From assembly GCA_965261595.1 (NCBI GenBank), contig CBDHDG010000007.1, positions 160,001 to 224,000 of the forward strand: 64,000 nucleotides of DNA. The letters are read 5' to 3'. Source of the stretch: a bacterium (GTDB lineage: Bacteria > UBA8248 > JACPRG01 > G963555815). Position numbers and translations under genes: made by a program. Below are positions 49,939-59,403 of this stretch, in pieces. The notes beneath the pieces are model-generated. The model was not told where the DNA came from. It made no database searches and saw only the letters and a list, made by a program, of their open reading frames with translations. Each line of letters opens with the position of its first letter. The stretch's first letter is position 1.

Positions 49939-51216
49939 TTACGCGATGAGCGCTTTCCGGCCGATGTCCCGACGATAGTAGGCGCCTTCCCAGCGGACCT
50001 TCGCAACCGCCTCGTAGGCGCGGTCGATGGCCGCCGGGAGGTCTTTCCCCGTGGCGGTGACTCCCAAGACCCTGCCGCCCGCGGTGGTCACGCGCCCGCC
50101 CACCGATGCGGTCCCGGCGTGAAAGACCTGGATTCCATCCATCTCCGATGCGGCTTCCAGCCCGGTGATCTCTTTTCCCTTGTCGTACCTTCCCGGATAC
50201 CCCGAGGAAGCCATCACAACGCACACGGCGGCCTCAGGACGAAGGCGAACCGTCTTTCCATCCTCCAGGCGGCCTTCAGCCACGTCCATGAGCCAGGGGA
50301 CAATGTCTTCGTCCATTCTCGCCATGAGCGGCTGGGTTTCCGGGTCTCCGAACCGGGCGTTGAATTCCAGGATTCGAGGTCCGGAATCCGTGATCATCAG
50401 GCCCCCGTACAGCATCCCTTGGAAAGGAACCCCGGCGGCATCGAGCGCGGCCGCGGCAGGGCGGTGGCATCGGTCGAGGACGTCCCGGATCAACTCATCG
50501 CCGCACAAGGGAACGGGCGAGTAGGCCCCCATCCCGCCGGTATTGGGTCCGGTGTCTCCCTCGCCGATGGGCTTGTGGTCCTGGGCGGAGGCAAGATAGG
50601 CGATGTTCGGACCTTCGCAAAACGCAAAGATGGACAACTCGGGGCCGATCAGCTTTTCCTCGATAACCACTGTCCTGCCCGCGTCCCCCAACGAACCCTC
50701 GTTCATGAACCGCTGAACGGCACGTTCCGCTTCACGCTTGGAACCGCAGACGATGACGCCTTTGCCGGCCGCCAGACCGTCGGCCTTCACAACAACCGGG
50801 CCCTCGGAGAGGGCGCCCACGTGTTCCAAGGCTTCGGCTGAATCCGAAAAGGAGCGGTGGGCCGCGGACGGAATTCCGGCCTCGTCGAACAGGGCCTTCG
50901 AGAATGCCTTCGAGCCTTCGATGCGCGCCGCCGCACGGCGCGGGCCGAAGATCCGCCTGCCGGATAATTCAAACCGATCGGCCACGCCCCCCGTCAAGGG
51001 CCCCTCCGGACCGGCGACCGTCAGATCGATGTCCTCCCGCTCGGCAAAGCGGAGAAGAGATTCGATGTCCTCGGCGGAGATGTCGACGTTCCGTCCTTCC
51101 AGCGCCGTGCCCGCGTTTCCCGGAGCGATGAACAGCCCGTCCACCCGCGGGCTTCGGCGGATCTTCCAAGCCAGGGCGTGCTCCCGGCCTCCGCTTCCGA
51201 TAAGCAGAACTTTCAT
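49939..51216 (-). CDS. purD: Phosphoribosylamine--glycine ligase
   Basis: GSGGREHALA, KADGLAAGKGV, GPNTGGMG, RFGDPE; ATGA overlap with rsmE. Confidence 0.98.
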   Translation of the reverse strand: MKVLLIGSGGREHALAWKIRRSPRVDGLFIAPGNAGTALEGRNVDISAEDIESLLRFAEREDIDLTVAGPEGPLTGGVADRFELSGRRIFGPRRAAARIEGSKAFSKALFDEAGIPSAAHRSFSDSAEALEHVGALSEGPVVVKADGLAAGKGVIVCGSKREAERAVQRFMNEGSLGDAGRTVVIEEKLIGPELSIFAFCEGPNIAYLASAQDHKPIGEGDTGPNTGGMGAYSPVPLCGDELIRDVLDRCHRPAAAALDAAGVPFQGMLYGGLMITDSGPRILEFNARFGDPETQPLMARMDEDIVPWLMDVAEGRLEDGKTVRLRPEAAVCVVMASSGYPGRYDKGKEITGLEAASEMDGIQVFHAGTASVGGRVTTAGGRVLGVTATGKDLPAAIDRAYEAVAKVRWEGAYYRRDIGRKALIA

Positions 51217-52004
51217 AACCCGGCCGGGCCTTCCCTTCCCGGACCTCCGGCCGATTCGATCCCCGGCTCGCCCAGGTCCCCCAAGACATATCCCAGGATT
51301 GCGATGGCGGCGATGGGGGCCGTCTCGGTCCGCAGAATCCTTGTTCCCATTCCGCAAGGGATGAATCCCTCGGTCCGCGCGGTCTGAACCTCGGTCTCCG
51401 AGAATCCACCCTCAGGACCCACCAGCAAGGCGACCGAACGAATGTCGCGGGCGTCGGAGAGAATCTTTCTCAGCCCGACGGTTGACCGTTCGTGCAGAAC
51501 CACCTTGAGATCCGCGTCTTCCGATTCATCCAGAAATGACAAGAGAGAGCCGGGGGCCGCGACCTCCATCGGCCTCACGCGCCCGCACTGCTTCCTTGCG
51601 GCTTCGGCCACCCGCATCCATCGCTTCAACCGGTCCGCCGCCCGCCTCTCGTCCAACCGGGGCACGCTCCGTTCCGCGAGGATCGGGTGGATAAAATGAA
51701 CACCCAATTCGACGGCCTTTTGTACGACCCCGTCCAGTTTTTCACCCTTGGGGACAGCCTGTCCCAGGCGGATGACCACACGGTCCTCCGGGGTCTCCTT
51801 CCGGCCGCGGATCCTGCCGGCCGCGCCTCGATGAGTGAGCTCCGTCAATTCGACCTCGTACTCGGTGAACTCGCCGTCGGAGACGCGGATGACATCACCC
51901 CTTTGGCGCCGCATGGCCCGGATGTGTCCGGCTTCCTCGGCTGTGAAGCGAATTTGTCCGGCCCGGACGTTTCCGGGGTCGACCCGAAAGACAGGCATGG
52001 TCAC
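51213..52004 (-). CDS. rsmE: 16S rRNA m3U1498 methyltransferase
   Basis: KAVELGV, KQCGR, VGPEGGFS, ILRTETA. Confidence 0.96.
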   Translation of the reverse strand: MTMPVFRVDPGNVRAGQIRFTAEEAGHIRAMRRQRGDVIRVSDGEFTEYEVELTELTHRGAAGRIRGRKETPEDRVVIRLGQAVPKGEKLDGVVQKAVELGVHFIHPILAERSVPRLDERRAADRLKRWMRVAEAARKQCGRVRPMEVAAPGSLLSFLDESEDADLKVVLHERSTVGLRKILSDARDIRSVALLVGPEGGFSETEVQTARTEGFIPCGMGTRILRTETAPIAAIAILGYVLGDLGEPGIESAGGPGREGPAGL

Positions 52005-53095
52005 CGTTTCAATGGTTGTTTCCCAACCGCAATGGACGCGATCCGCGCCGGGTCCAGAGCGGTTTCGGGTTTTGGAGGAGGTGTTCGGCCGTTTCTTCCG
52101 GCCGTCAGACAGATCCAGCCCGCCTCGCTCAATGTCCTGACGACGCCGAGGCCGACATCGCCGAGGGCCTTTGTCAGCGCGTCCGCCTGCGAAACCAAAA
52201 TCCCGGACAAAACGGCCCGCCCCTCTTTTTCCAACCGGCGCGCCATCATGCCGGCCAGATCGCGCAGGGGCTCGAGGTAAAGATTGGCCAGGATCAGGCC
52301 GAACTTCCCGCGCGTCCGTTCCAAAGACCCTTCACGAACGGTCATCCGGGCGGCGACCCGGTTCTTCCGGGCATTGTCGCGCGTCGCGTGATAGGCGCCC
52401 GGGTCGATATCAATCGACGTAACGCGGCGCCGCGGAAACCACTTGGCGGCCGCGATGCCCAAGATGCCCGAGCCGCAGCCGATGTCGAGCACCCTGCCGG
52501 GGAGGAGCCCGCCGCCGAATTCCCCCAGCGTCCTCAGGCAAAGGCGGGTCGTCGGATGCTCCCCGGTCCCGAAGGCCATGGCGGGCGTGAGAATGATTTC
52601 AGCGGCCCTCCCGCCGCGGTTCCGAGCGGCGGAGCGGCTCCCCGGACCCGTCGCATGAAAATCCGGAACGATTCGGAAGGGACCCACCTCACGCGGAACG
52701 CACCGCTCCTGGAAATCGCGGACCCAATCGATGGGGGGAACCGGCCGGGTGGACACATCGGCGGGGACACCCAAACGCCGTAGGGAATCCACGAAACGCC
52801 GGATATCGGCCAGGGCGTTTCCCAGCGTTTCGTCATCCGGCAGACAGCCCCGAACGGTTTCCTCCCGCTCACCGGTGAATACGACACCCGGAGAACCCAA
52901 TTCGATCAACCGGGAAGAGAGGGCGTCCATGCTCCGCAAATCCGCCGTCAGGTTGATTTCCACCCACCGCTGAGAAGCCGGAGGTTGATATGGAGGGCCT
53001 GCGCTCAATTGTTCTTCCGCCCGGATTTCCAGCGGGTGGGAGACCGGCCCGCATTTCTCATCAGGCATTGCCCATCTCGACCCGCCGGGCCCCAA
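52001..53095 (-). CDS. prmA: Ribosomal protein L11 methyltransferase
   Basis: AFGTGEHPTT, LDIGCGSGIL, LANL, LSGIL; start uncertain. Confidence 0.95.
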   Translation of the reverse strand: MGPGGSRWAMPDEKCGPVSHPLEIRAEEQLSAGPPYQPPASQRWVEINLTADLRSMDALSSRLIELGSPGVVFTGEREETVRGCLPDDETLGNALADIRRFVDSLRRLGVPADVSTRPVPPIDWVRDFQERCVPREVGPFRIVPDFHATGPGSRSAARNRGGRAAEIILTPAMAFGTGEHPTTRLCLRTLGEFGGGLLPGRVLDIGCGSGILGIAAAKWFPRRRVTSIDIDPGAYHATRDNARKNRVAARMTVREGSLERTRGKFGLILANLYLEPLRDLAGMMARRLEKEGRAVLSGILVSQADALTKALGDVGLGVVRTLSEAGWICLTAGRNGRTPPPKPETALDPARIASIAVGKQPLKR

Positions 53096-53144
53096 GCGTC
53101 AACCCGGCTGCCAGGCGAAAAGACGCGGTCATTTTCTCCAATCT

Positions 53145-54239
53145 TCAATGGGGCTTCGATCGGGGATTCCCACCCATCAGGTTGAACTGCTCCAACAGCC
53201 GACGCTGCTTTCGGGTCAACCGGGTGGGTGTTTCCACATGAACCCGGATGATCTGATCCCCCCTGGCGCCGGGGCTCGTTCCGGGCAGACCCTTGCCTTG
53301 AAGGCGGAACGTGCTTCCGGACTGGGTCCCCGCCGGAATTTTCAGGGGGATCGAACCGGCAAGCGTGGGGACGTCGATCTCCGCGCCCAGGGCCGCGTCT
53401 GAGATGCTCACGGTCACCGAGGAATGGATGTCCGAACCCTCGCGCCGGAATGTCTCATGGGGAATCACCCCGATGGTCAAAAGGAGGTCCTCCGGCCTTC
53501 CGCCCCGAATCCCCGCATGCCCTTCCCGATTCACCTTGAGCTTCATCCCGTCCTCGGCGCCGGCGGGGATCCGGATGTTCAGCACCCTTTCCTTTTGAAT
53601 CCTTCCGGTTCCGCCGCACCCCCCACAGGCATCCACGATGATTTCGCCCGTCCCGCCGCAAGGACGACACGGGGTCTTTATGACGAGCAAACCGTGTTGC
53701 CACTGAGCATATCCCGATCCGCCGCAGACCACGCAGGCCTGCGGCCGGCTCCGGGCGCCGGTCCCTTTTCCCCGGCATGGATCGCAAGCCTCCAGCCGGC
53801 CGACCTGGATCGGGAGCGTGGTCCCCACAGCCACTTCTTCGAGCGTAATGGTCAGGTGATACTTCAGATCCCTCCCGATTTCGGCATGCGGATCGGATTC
53901 CGGCGGCTTCCCTTGCATGAGGTCGGAGAAAAGGTCCTTGAAAACGCCTGACAGCTCGCCGCCGGGTCCGAACGGCGAGGGGCCGGCGGTATGCGTCGGA
54001 GACGGCCGGAAACCCCGGCGGTCGAAGTCATCCCGTTTCCTCGGGTTCCGGAGAATCTCGTAGGCGCCGCTGATCATTTTAAACTTTTCCGCCGAGTGCC
54101 GGTCTCCGGGATTGCGATCCGGATGACACTCCATGGCCAGGCGGCGGTAGGCCCGCTTGATTTCTTCCTCGTCCGCGGTGGGAAGGATTCCCAGGACCTG
54201 ATAAGGGTTGTCGGAAGCCATGTGAGGGGGTGACCGCAA
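53145..54239 (-). CDS. dnaJ: Chaperone DnaJ
   Basis: J-domain HPD, four CxxCxGxG repeats. Confidence 0.95.
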   Translation of the reverse strand: MRSPPHMASDNPYQVLGILPTADEEEIKRAYRRLAMECHPDRNPGDRHSAEKFKMISGAYEILRNPRKRDDFDRRGFRPSPTHTAGPSPFGPGGELSGVFKDLFSDLMQGKPPESDPHAEIGRDLKYHLTITLEEVAVGTTLPIQVGRLEACDPCRGKGTGARSRPQACVVCGGSGYAQWQHGLLVIKTPCRPCGGTGEIIVDACGGCGGTGRIQKERVLNIRIPAGAEDGMKLKVNREGHAGIRGGRPEDLLLTIGVIPHETFRREGSDIHSSVTVSISDAALGAEIDVPTLAGSIPLKIPAGTQSGSTFRLQGKGLPGTSPGARGDQIIRVHVETPTRLTRKQRRLLEQFNLMGGNPRSKPH

Positions 54240-54251
54240 CCACCGGTCTTT

Positions 54252-54866
54252 TTAATCTTCTTCCTCGGGGAGGGCCTTCGCCACGACCACCCGGCTCGGC
54301 CGGATCACCCGGTCTCCGATGGCGTAACCCTTTTGAATTTCCTCGATCACCGTGTCCGGAGGATGGTCTTCCGTCTCGACCGTCATGACGGCCTCATGAA
54401 GCTTGGGATCGAACGGCTGAGCCAGGGCTTCGAGCCGCTGAAGATCATGGCGGCCGAGACTCTCCACCAGGGACTTCAGGACCAGATCGATGCCTTCCTT
54501 CAGAGCGGGACCGTTTTCATTTTCCATCGCGATGGATTCTCCGGCACGCTCCAGACCATCAATCACCGGCAACAGGTCCTTGATCACATGCTCGTTTGCG
54601 CGTTCCCGGATTTGCCGCTGCTCACGAGCGGTCCGCTTTCGGAAATTGTCGAATTCAGCGCGAAGTCGCAAGTGCTGATCCCGGGCTTCCTGGAGATCCC
54701 GCTTCAGCTCCTCGATGGGCGTCGTCTCCCGCGGCGGGGGAGCCTCGGCATCGGGTTCAAGCGCCGGTGCTTCTTCGTCGCCCGGAGTCGCGGGCGAATC
54801 TCCATCATCTGATTTTTCAATGGAGACGGGGACTTCCCGTCCATCATCCTCGTGATCCTGGCTCAC
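54252..54866 (-). CDS. grpE: Nucleotide exchange factor GrpE
   Basis: AEFDNFRKR, FDPKLHEAV, QKGY..RVIRPSRV. Confidence 0.97.
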   Translation of the reverse strand: MSQDHEDDGREVPVSIEKSDDGDSPATPGDEEAPALEPDAEAPPPRETTPIEELKRDLQEARDQHLRLRAEFDNFRKRTAREQRQIRERANEHVIKDLLPVIDGLERAGESIAMENENGPALKEGIDLVLKSLVESLGRHDLQRLEALAQPFDPKLHEAVMTVETEDHPPDTVIEEIQKGYAIGDRVIRPSRVVVAKALPEEED

Positions 54867-55048
54867 GGCCTTCCTTTCGAATTCTTGGTCATCCCGGGCT
54901 TTTTCAATTCACAAACCCGCCCGCCATTCGGCGCGATTTCGAGGCCGTCAAGCCGGAGCCGATTCGCATTCGGTTCATTGCAACCCAAGCCCTTTGGCTT
55001 GATCAGCCGCCGGGGATCGACGACCGACTGAAACAGGAAGGGATGTTG

Positions 55049-56158
55049 CTATGAACTGGATTCCGCCGCGATAAACCGACTGAGCGTAGAAGCCGTCATG
55101 TCCACCAGGGCCATGATGCGCGGGTATCGCATCCGTTTCGGGCCGATGATCGCCAGGGTCCCCAAATTTCTTGAGCCGTCGCTGTAGGTCTTCATGACGA
55201 ACGCGCAATCGTTCATGGCCTCGACTTCGGTCTCCGGCCCGATGCTGACGGAAATCCCCTCCGCCTCCACGAACCGGTCCAGGATCTCAACGAGCTTTTC
55301 CTTCTCCTGGAAGGCTTCGAACAGCATGCGCATTTTCTCGACGTCCGTCTGGAACTCCGGCTGATCGAAGATGTGGTGGGTTCCCCAAATGTAGAATTCG
55401 TCGGTTTCTTCAGGTGATTCCAGAAACGCCTTTTTGCTCAATTTCAGCGATTCACGGTACAGGATATCGAACTCTTTTTTGTGTTCGAGCATCTGAAGAG
55501 AGATCCGCCGGCGAACCTCCTGGAGTGTCAGGTCTTTATACTCTTCGTTCAAATACCGGCTCATCCTATCGAGGAACTCCTGGGAGAGGTCTTCCTCCAT
55601 CTCGATGGACCGGTTTTGGGTCCTCCCATTCTTGGTCACCACGATCACGTGCGCGAGATTCGGCCGGAGCCGGACAAGGCGGATCTGGCTCAAGACCGTC
55701 CTGGAGAGATTTGGAATCAGGACCAGGCTGGCTTGTTGCGTCAACGAAGAGAGCAGCTTGGAGGTCTGCTCCAGTAAACCCTCCAACCCCGAAGACCGCG
55801 TTTCGCCATAACCGATTCGGATCCTTTCCACCTCCATCTCGGAGAGGGCGGGCAATTTTTTGACCTGATTCACATAGAACCGGTATGCCTTGTCGGTGGG
55901 GACGCGTCCGGCGGAGGTGTGGGGTTGACACAGAAATCCCAATTCCGTGAGTTCGGCGAGCTCGTTCCGGATGGTCGCCGAGCTCAGGTTTCTGACATAC
56001 TTTTTAGCGAGCGTCTTGGAGCCGATCGGCTCATTCGTCTCGACGAAGCTGGAGAGCACCCCTTGCAGGATGTCCTGCTGACGAACCGTCAGGTTTGTCG
56101 CGCCGGATAACATTGCGGACCTTGCTCCCGAGAATACTCTCGCCTGGGGAGCGACCAC
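55049..56158 (-). CDS. hrcA: Heat-inducible transcription repressor
   Basis: EPIGSK, SSATIRNE, QPHTSAGRVPT, IIGPKRMRY; start may be 56113. Confidence 0.97.
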   Translation of the reverse strand: MVAPQARVFSGARSAMLSGATNLTVRQQDILQGVLSSFVETNEPIGSKTLAKKYVRNLSSATIRNELAELTELGFLCQPHTSAGRVPTDKAYRFYVNQVKKLPALSEMEVERIRIGYGETRSSGLEGLLEQTSKLLSSLTQQASLVLIPNLSRTVLSQIRLVRLRPNLAHVIVVTKNGRTQNRSIEMEEDLSQEFLDRMSRYLNEEYKDLTLQEVRRRISLQMLEHKKEFDILYRESLKLSKKAFLESPEETDEFYIWGTHHIFDQPEFQTDVEKMRMLFEAFQEKEKLVEILDRFVEAEGISVSIGPETEVEAMNDCAFVMKTYSDGSRNLGTLAIIGPKRMRYPRIMALVDMTASTLSRFIAAESSS

Positions 56159-56400
56159 GCTAAAATTGAGCCGCTATCCCAAAAACTAGCAACCCCGCCC
56201 AAACTTGTCAATCGGAAACCCGCACCGCTTGACAGCCCTTGACCGACCTGAGAGACTTCCGGTGGCAGTTTTACACCTTACATTTCCGATGGTTCTGAAG
56301 GATTAATCCGTGATTATGCCTTTGACGCAGTAAGACACAAGATATAGGTGCGATTTTGAGACACTACATGTTGTGGTTATCCAACAGGAGGGGGTCACTT

Positions 56401-56616
56401 TTAGGGACCCGTGGAACCACATATCCTCCCATTGATGATGGCTGGTGGCCCGACGTAAGAGCCCCGAATTTCGAGTGGGATGCGTTTCTTCGGCGGTTTC
56501 TTATTCCTTATCCCCATCAAGTAGAAACCCGCATAGAAGAGAAGATCAATAACCCTAGAGGCTGCTTCGGAGATGAACCATCCAAAAACGTCAAATCCTT
56601 CATATCTAAATTCCAT
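56401..56616 (-). CDS. Small hypothetical cargo protein
   Basis: ATG GAA start inside hairpin unit 1 with upstream GGAG; no recognised family. Confidence 0.4.
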   Translation of the reverse strand: MEFRYEGFDVFGWFISEAASRVIDLLFYAGFYLMGIRNKKPPKKRIPLEIRGSYVGPPAIINGRICGSTGP

Positions 56617-56685
56617 TGCCTGGGCTCTCCAAGCTGCGGGTTAATGGAACGCCACGGCTGGGGCCGTATACCCCAGCCGTGGCAC

Positions 56686-56973
56686 TTATTCACACGCGAT
56701 GTCCTGTTGCGCCGATGCAATCCTCACTTCAAATTCACCGGCAAACCTGAATATCACCTTCTCAAGTTTGGGACTATTGAGATACCTATGTTGGGGCGGG
56801 TGTTTCCTGACAAAAAATACACGCCTCCGCTTTTTGTTGAATCTTCCTCCAAGTCTCTCTACGGCCAAGTAGTCTCTGTCCTGAAGAACCTGCACCAGCA
56901 GTTTAAGTTTTCTCGGGGAGACATAGGCGGGTCGGCTAAAAGCCTTTTCCTTAAGAAAGCATTTTGCTTCCAT
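56686..56973 (-). CDS. Small hypothetical cargo protein, paralogue of 57067-57417
   Basis: RBS AAGGAGG; shares CF..PAYV..L.DRD..LG..HP..YL.S..FRF.GEF.V..I.C with its neighbour. Confidence 0.75.
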   Translation of the reverse strand: MEAKCFLKEKAFSRPAYVSPRKLKLLVQVLQDRDYLAVERLGGRFNKKRRRVFFVRKHPPQHRYLNSPKLEKVIFRFAGEFEVRIASAQQDIACE

Positions 56974-57066
56974 TGCCCCAGTCCTCCTTCAAGGTTGGGT
57001 GGTGATGGAACCGCAGCGCCAGGGGCGGGATCCCCTGGCGCTGCACTTGTAAATCTTATTTTCCAC

Positions 57067-57417
57067 CTATTTGCACGAGATGAACTCGCACAACGTCTCA
57101 AAAACCTTGAATTCCCCTTCAAAACGGAAAGTCGTAGAGCCAGGGATGCTCTTCAGGTATTGGAATCCTTTTGGATGCTCACTCACCATGAAAATACGCC
57201 ATTTCTCCTTTGCGTTTCGGTATCCAAGTTTATACAAAGCTACCAAATCGCGATCGTCCAACATGCGAAGTATGAGTTTTCTTCGTTCCAAATCCACATA
57301 AGCGGGGCTGTACACCGCACCTTTTCCGATAAAACAGGCCTTGTTGGATTCTCCAGCCATGACGGCGGAAGATGCGATGAGGGCAGTTGTAAGTATGCAA
57401 CCGCCGATAGTACGCAT
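57067..57417 (-). CDS. Small exported hypothetical cargo protein
   Basis: Signal peptide MRTIGGCILTTALIASSAVMA; paralogous to 56686-56973. Confidence 0.75.
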   Translation of the reverse strand: MRTIGGCILTTALIASSAVMAGESNKACFIGKGAVYSPAYVDLERRKLILRMLDDRDLVALYKLGYRNAKEKWRIFMVSEHPKGFQYLKSIPGSTTFRFEGEFKVFETLCEFISCK

Positions 57418-57657
57418 GGGCAGACCCCCAGAAAATCGAGGTTGACACGGGCTTGGGGATTTGCTACAAGGAGGGTCTGTGAGGTCCTCTCTTGTAGCAA
57501 CGCCCCGGGGTTCCCTCGGGGCTTCCACCCTTTGAAGTTCCATATACCACATGTAGTGGGTCGGATTCAATTTTCGAGGGACCACCATATCTTGTGTCTT
57601 ACTGCGTCAAGGGCATAATCACGGATTAATCTGCAAGATTCAAGCCTATTTCACCCC

Positions 57658-58431
57658 ATGCGCGCAAATATCCGACGGAACCGAAAAATGACGCGGAATT
57701 TGTTGTTGGATATCTATGAGCGCCTGCTTCACCACTTCGGGCCGCGCGGATGGTGGCCGGGAGAGACTCCCTTTGAGGTCTGCATCGGGGCCGTTCTGGT
57801 CCAGAACACCTCGTGGACGAACGCCTCCCGGGCCATCGCCAACCTCAAGGCGCGAAAGCTACTCTCCCCGGAGGGATTGCGGCGAATCCCGAAATCCCGG
57901 CTGGCGCACCTCATTCGCCCCGCCAGGTTTTTTAACCTCAAGGCAGACCGCCTCAAGGCGTTCGTCCGATTCCTCTGGGTCGAACACCAAGGAAATTTGA
58001 ATCTGTTGTTCGACATCCCGGCGGAGAAACTCCGGAAAAACCTGCTGGAGCTGAAGGGGATCGGCCCCGAGACGGCCGATTCCATCCTGCTTTATGCGGC
58101 GGAATTTCCGGTCTTTGTCGTTGATGCCTACACCCACCGAATCTTTTCACGCCTCGGCCTCTACCAAGGCCCATCATCGGGCCGAAAGGGGTATGAAGCG
58201 CTTCAAGAGGGGTTTCACCGATTCCTCTCGCGCGACGCTCCTCTCTACAACGAGTACCACGCCCTTCTGGTCGAGCTTGGAAAAGAATATTGCCGTCCAA
58301 GACCCAAATGCGAATCCTGTCCGCTGTCCTCTATCTGCGCCTACCCGAGCGCCGCTCCGGAAGCATCGGTTCCAGCGGGTGTCAAAGGGAGCATCACAGC
58401 CAAATGCGAGGCAAAGGCAGAGAAGATTTGA
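57658..58431 (+). CDS. Endonuclease III-related HhH-GPD protein with 4Fe-4S cluster
   Basis: WWPGETPFEV..QNT, GIGPETAD, VVDAY, CRPRPKCESCPLSSIC. Confidence 0.92.
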   Translation: MRANIRRNRKMTRNLLLDIYERLLHHFGPRGWWPGETPFEVCIGAVLVQNTSWTNASRAIANLKARKLLSPEGLRRIPKSRLAHLIRPARFFNLKADRLKAFVRFLWVEHQGNLNLLFDIPAEKLRKNLLELKGIGPETADSILLYAAEFPVFVVDAYTHRIFSRLGLYQGPSSGRKGYEALQEGFHRFLSRDAPLYNEYHALLVELGKEYCRPRPKCESCPLSSICAYPSAAPEASVPAGVKGSITAKCEAKAEKI

Positions 58432-58448
58432 GATTTCCCGCGGGCGAG

Positions 58449-58955
58449 ATGCGCTTTGTGGCGGACATCACCGTAGGAAAGACCGCCAAGTGGCTCCGGA
58501 TCTTGGGATTCGACGCACTCTTCATGCGCAGTCTGGATATGGAATTTCTGGCCGCCCGCCTCGCGGAGGGACGCATCCTCGTCACGCGGGACAGCCGCCT
58601 CGCCAACAGGCCCGGCATGTCGAATACGATCCTCCTGGAGGCGAACGACCCCGCCGGACAGGTTGCGGATATCTTTGTCCGCCTGGGGCTGGCGAAGACG
58701 GTCATGGAAGCGGTTGGGCGGATGGAGTCCAAAGAGGAGGTGACCCGGTGGCCGAAACCCCTGTCCCGATGTATTCGATGCAACGCGCCCCTGAAGGAGG
58801 TTCCCCGGTCGGATGTCGTACTGGAAGTGCCTGATTTCACATGGGCGACCCAACCACGATTTCACCGGTGCCCCCTCTGCCGCCGCGTCTATTGGCCGGG
58901 AACACACCGCGAGAGGATCCTTTCAGCAATCGATGCCCTGAATCTGGGAAACTAA
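58449..58955 (+). CDS. Mut7-C RNase (PIN-fold, DUF82) domain protein
   Basis: RFVAD..GKTAKWLRILGFD, ILVTRD, RCIRCN, CPLCRRVYWPGTH. Confidence 0.92.
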   Translation: MRFVADITVGKTAKWLRILGFDALFMRSLDMEFLAARLAEGRILVTRDSRLANRPGMSNTILLEANDPAGQVADIFVRLGLAKTVMEAVGRMESKEEVTRWPKPLSRCIRCNAPLKEVPRSDVVLEVPDFTWATQPRFHRCPLCRRVYWPGTHRERILSAIDALNLGN

Positions 58956-59329
58956 GCAGACTTTCCGCACTGGCCCCCGGTTTCCGAATGCGGATATGCG
59001 GGCCGTTTGACGCTTATCCTCCGCCGTTTTCCCAAAATCGGACTCGCCTCCCCCCTCCGGCCCCCCATTTACAACGAATGACAGGTGAAAATACGGGTTG
59101 GATTTGAACCCCGACCTCCCAGTCATTCGAACCTTGCCCGCTCTTGGGGCAAACCTGCTCTCAGTCTTGGAGCTTTTGGGACAAATATGAGACGATTTTC
59201 GTCGAAATTGTAAAGAACGTTATCTGAGCTGAATTGGCCTCCATTGACGAATTCTATTGATCCGCTAATAATCGGTTTAAATTCAAATGGTTGTGGAAAT
59301 CTGAAAAATAATAAATTTTTTGAACCTTT

Positions 59330-59345
59330 TGGTACAATATTTGCT
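59330..59345 (+). promoter_or_regulatory. Sigma54-type -24/-12 promoter
   Basis: TGGTAC-N5-TTGCT (GG-N10-GC) in an AT-rich region upstream of ORF 59404. Confidence 0.7.
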
Positions 59346-59403
59346 CTAATCCTATAACAACGCGAAATTCAAATCTCCCAAATTTCTTCTGGAGGGAAGA
59401 TTC

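Larger units (their letters stand above)
56309..57623. mobile_element. Non-autonomous cassette 1 (IS1595-family-like mobile insertion cassette), 1315 bp
   Basis: 37-bp terminal IRs (36/37 identical) starting CGTGATTATG; 8-bp direct repeat GATTAATC at 56301-56308 and 57624-57631; lower GC; no transposase. Confidence 0.85.

Noticed and set aside
56611..57522. Classical integron attC sites
   Set aside because: No RYYYAAC/GTTRRRY boxes, two adjacent hairpins rather than one, and no integrase in the window.
56301..57631. Xer/dif module or recombinase inverton
   Set aside because: No XerD arm TTATGTTAAAT and no recombinase nearby. The apparent IR extension is a palindromic 8-bp TSD, and cassette 2 has a non-palindromic direct TSD, favouring DDE transposition.
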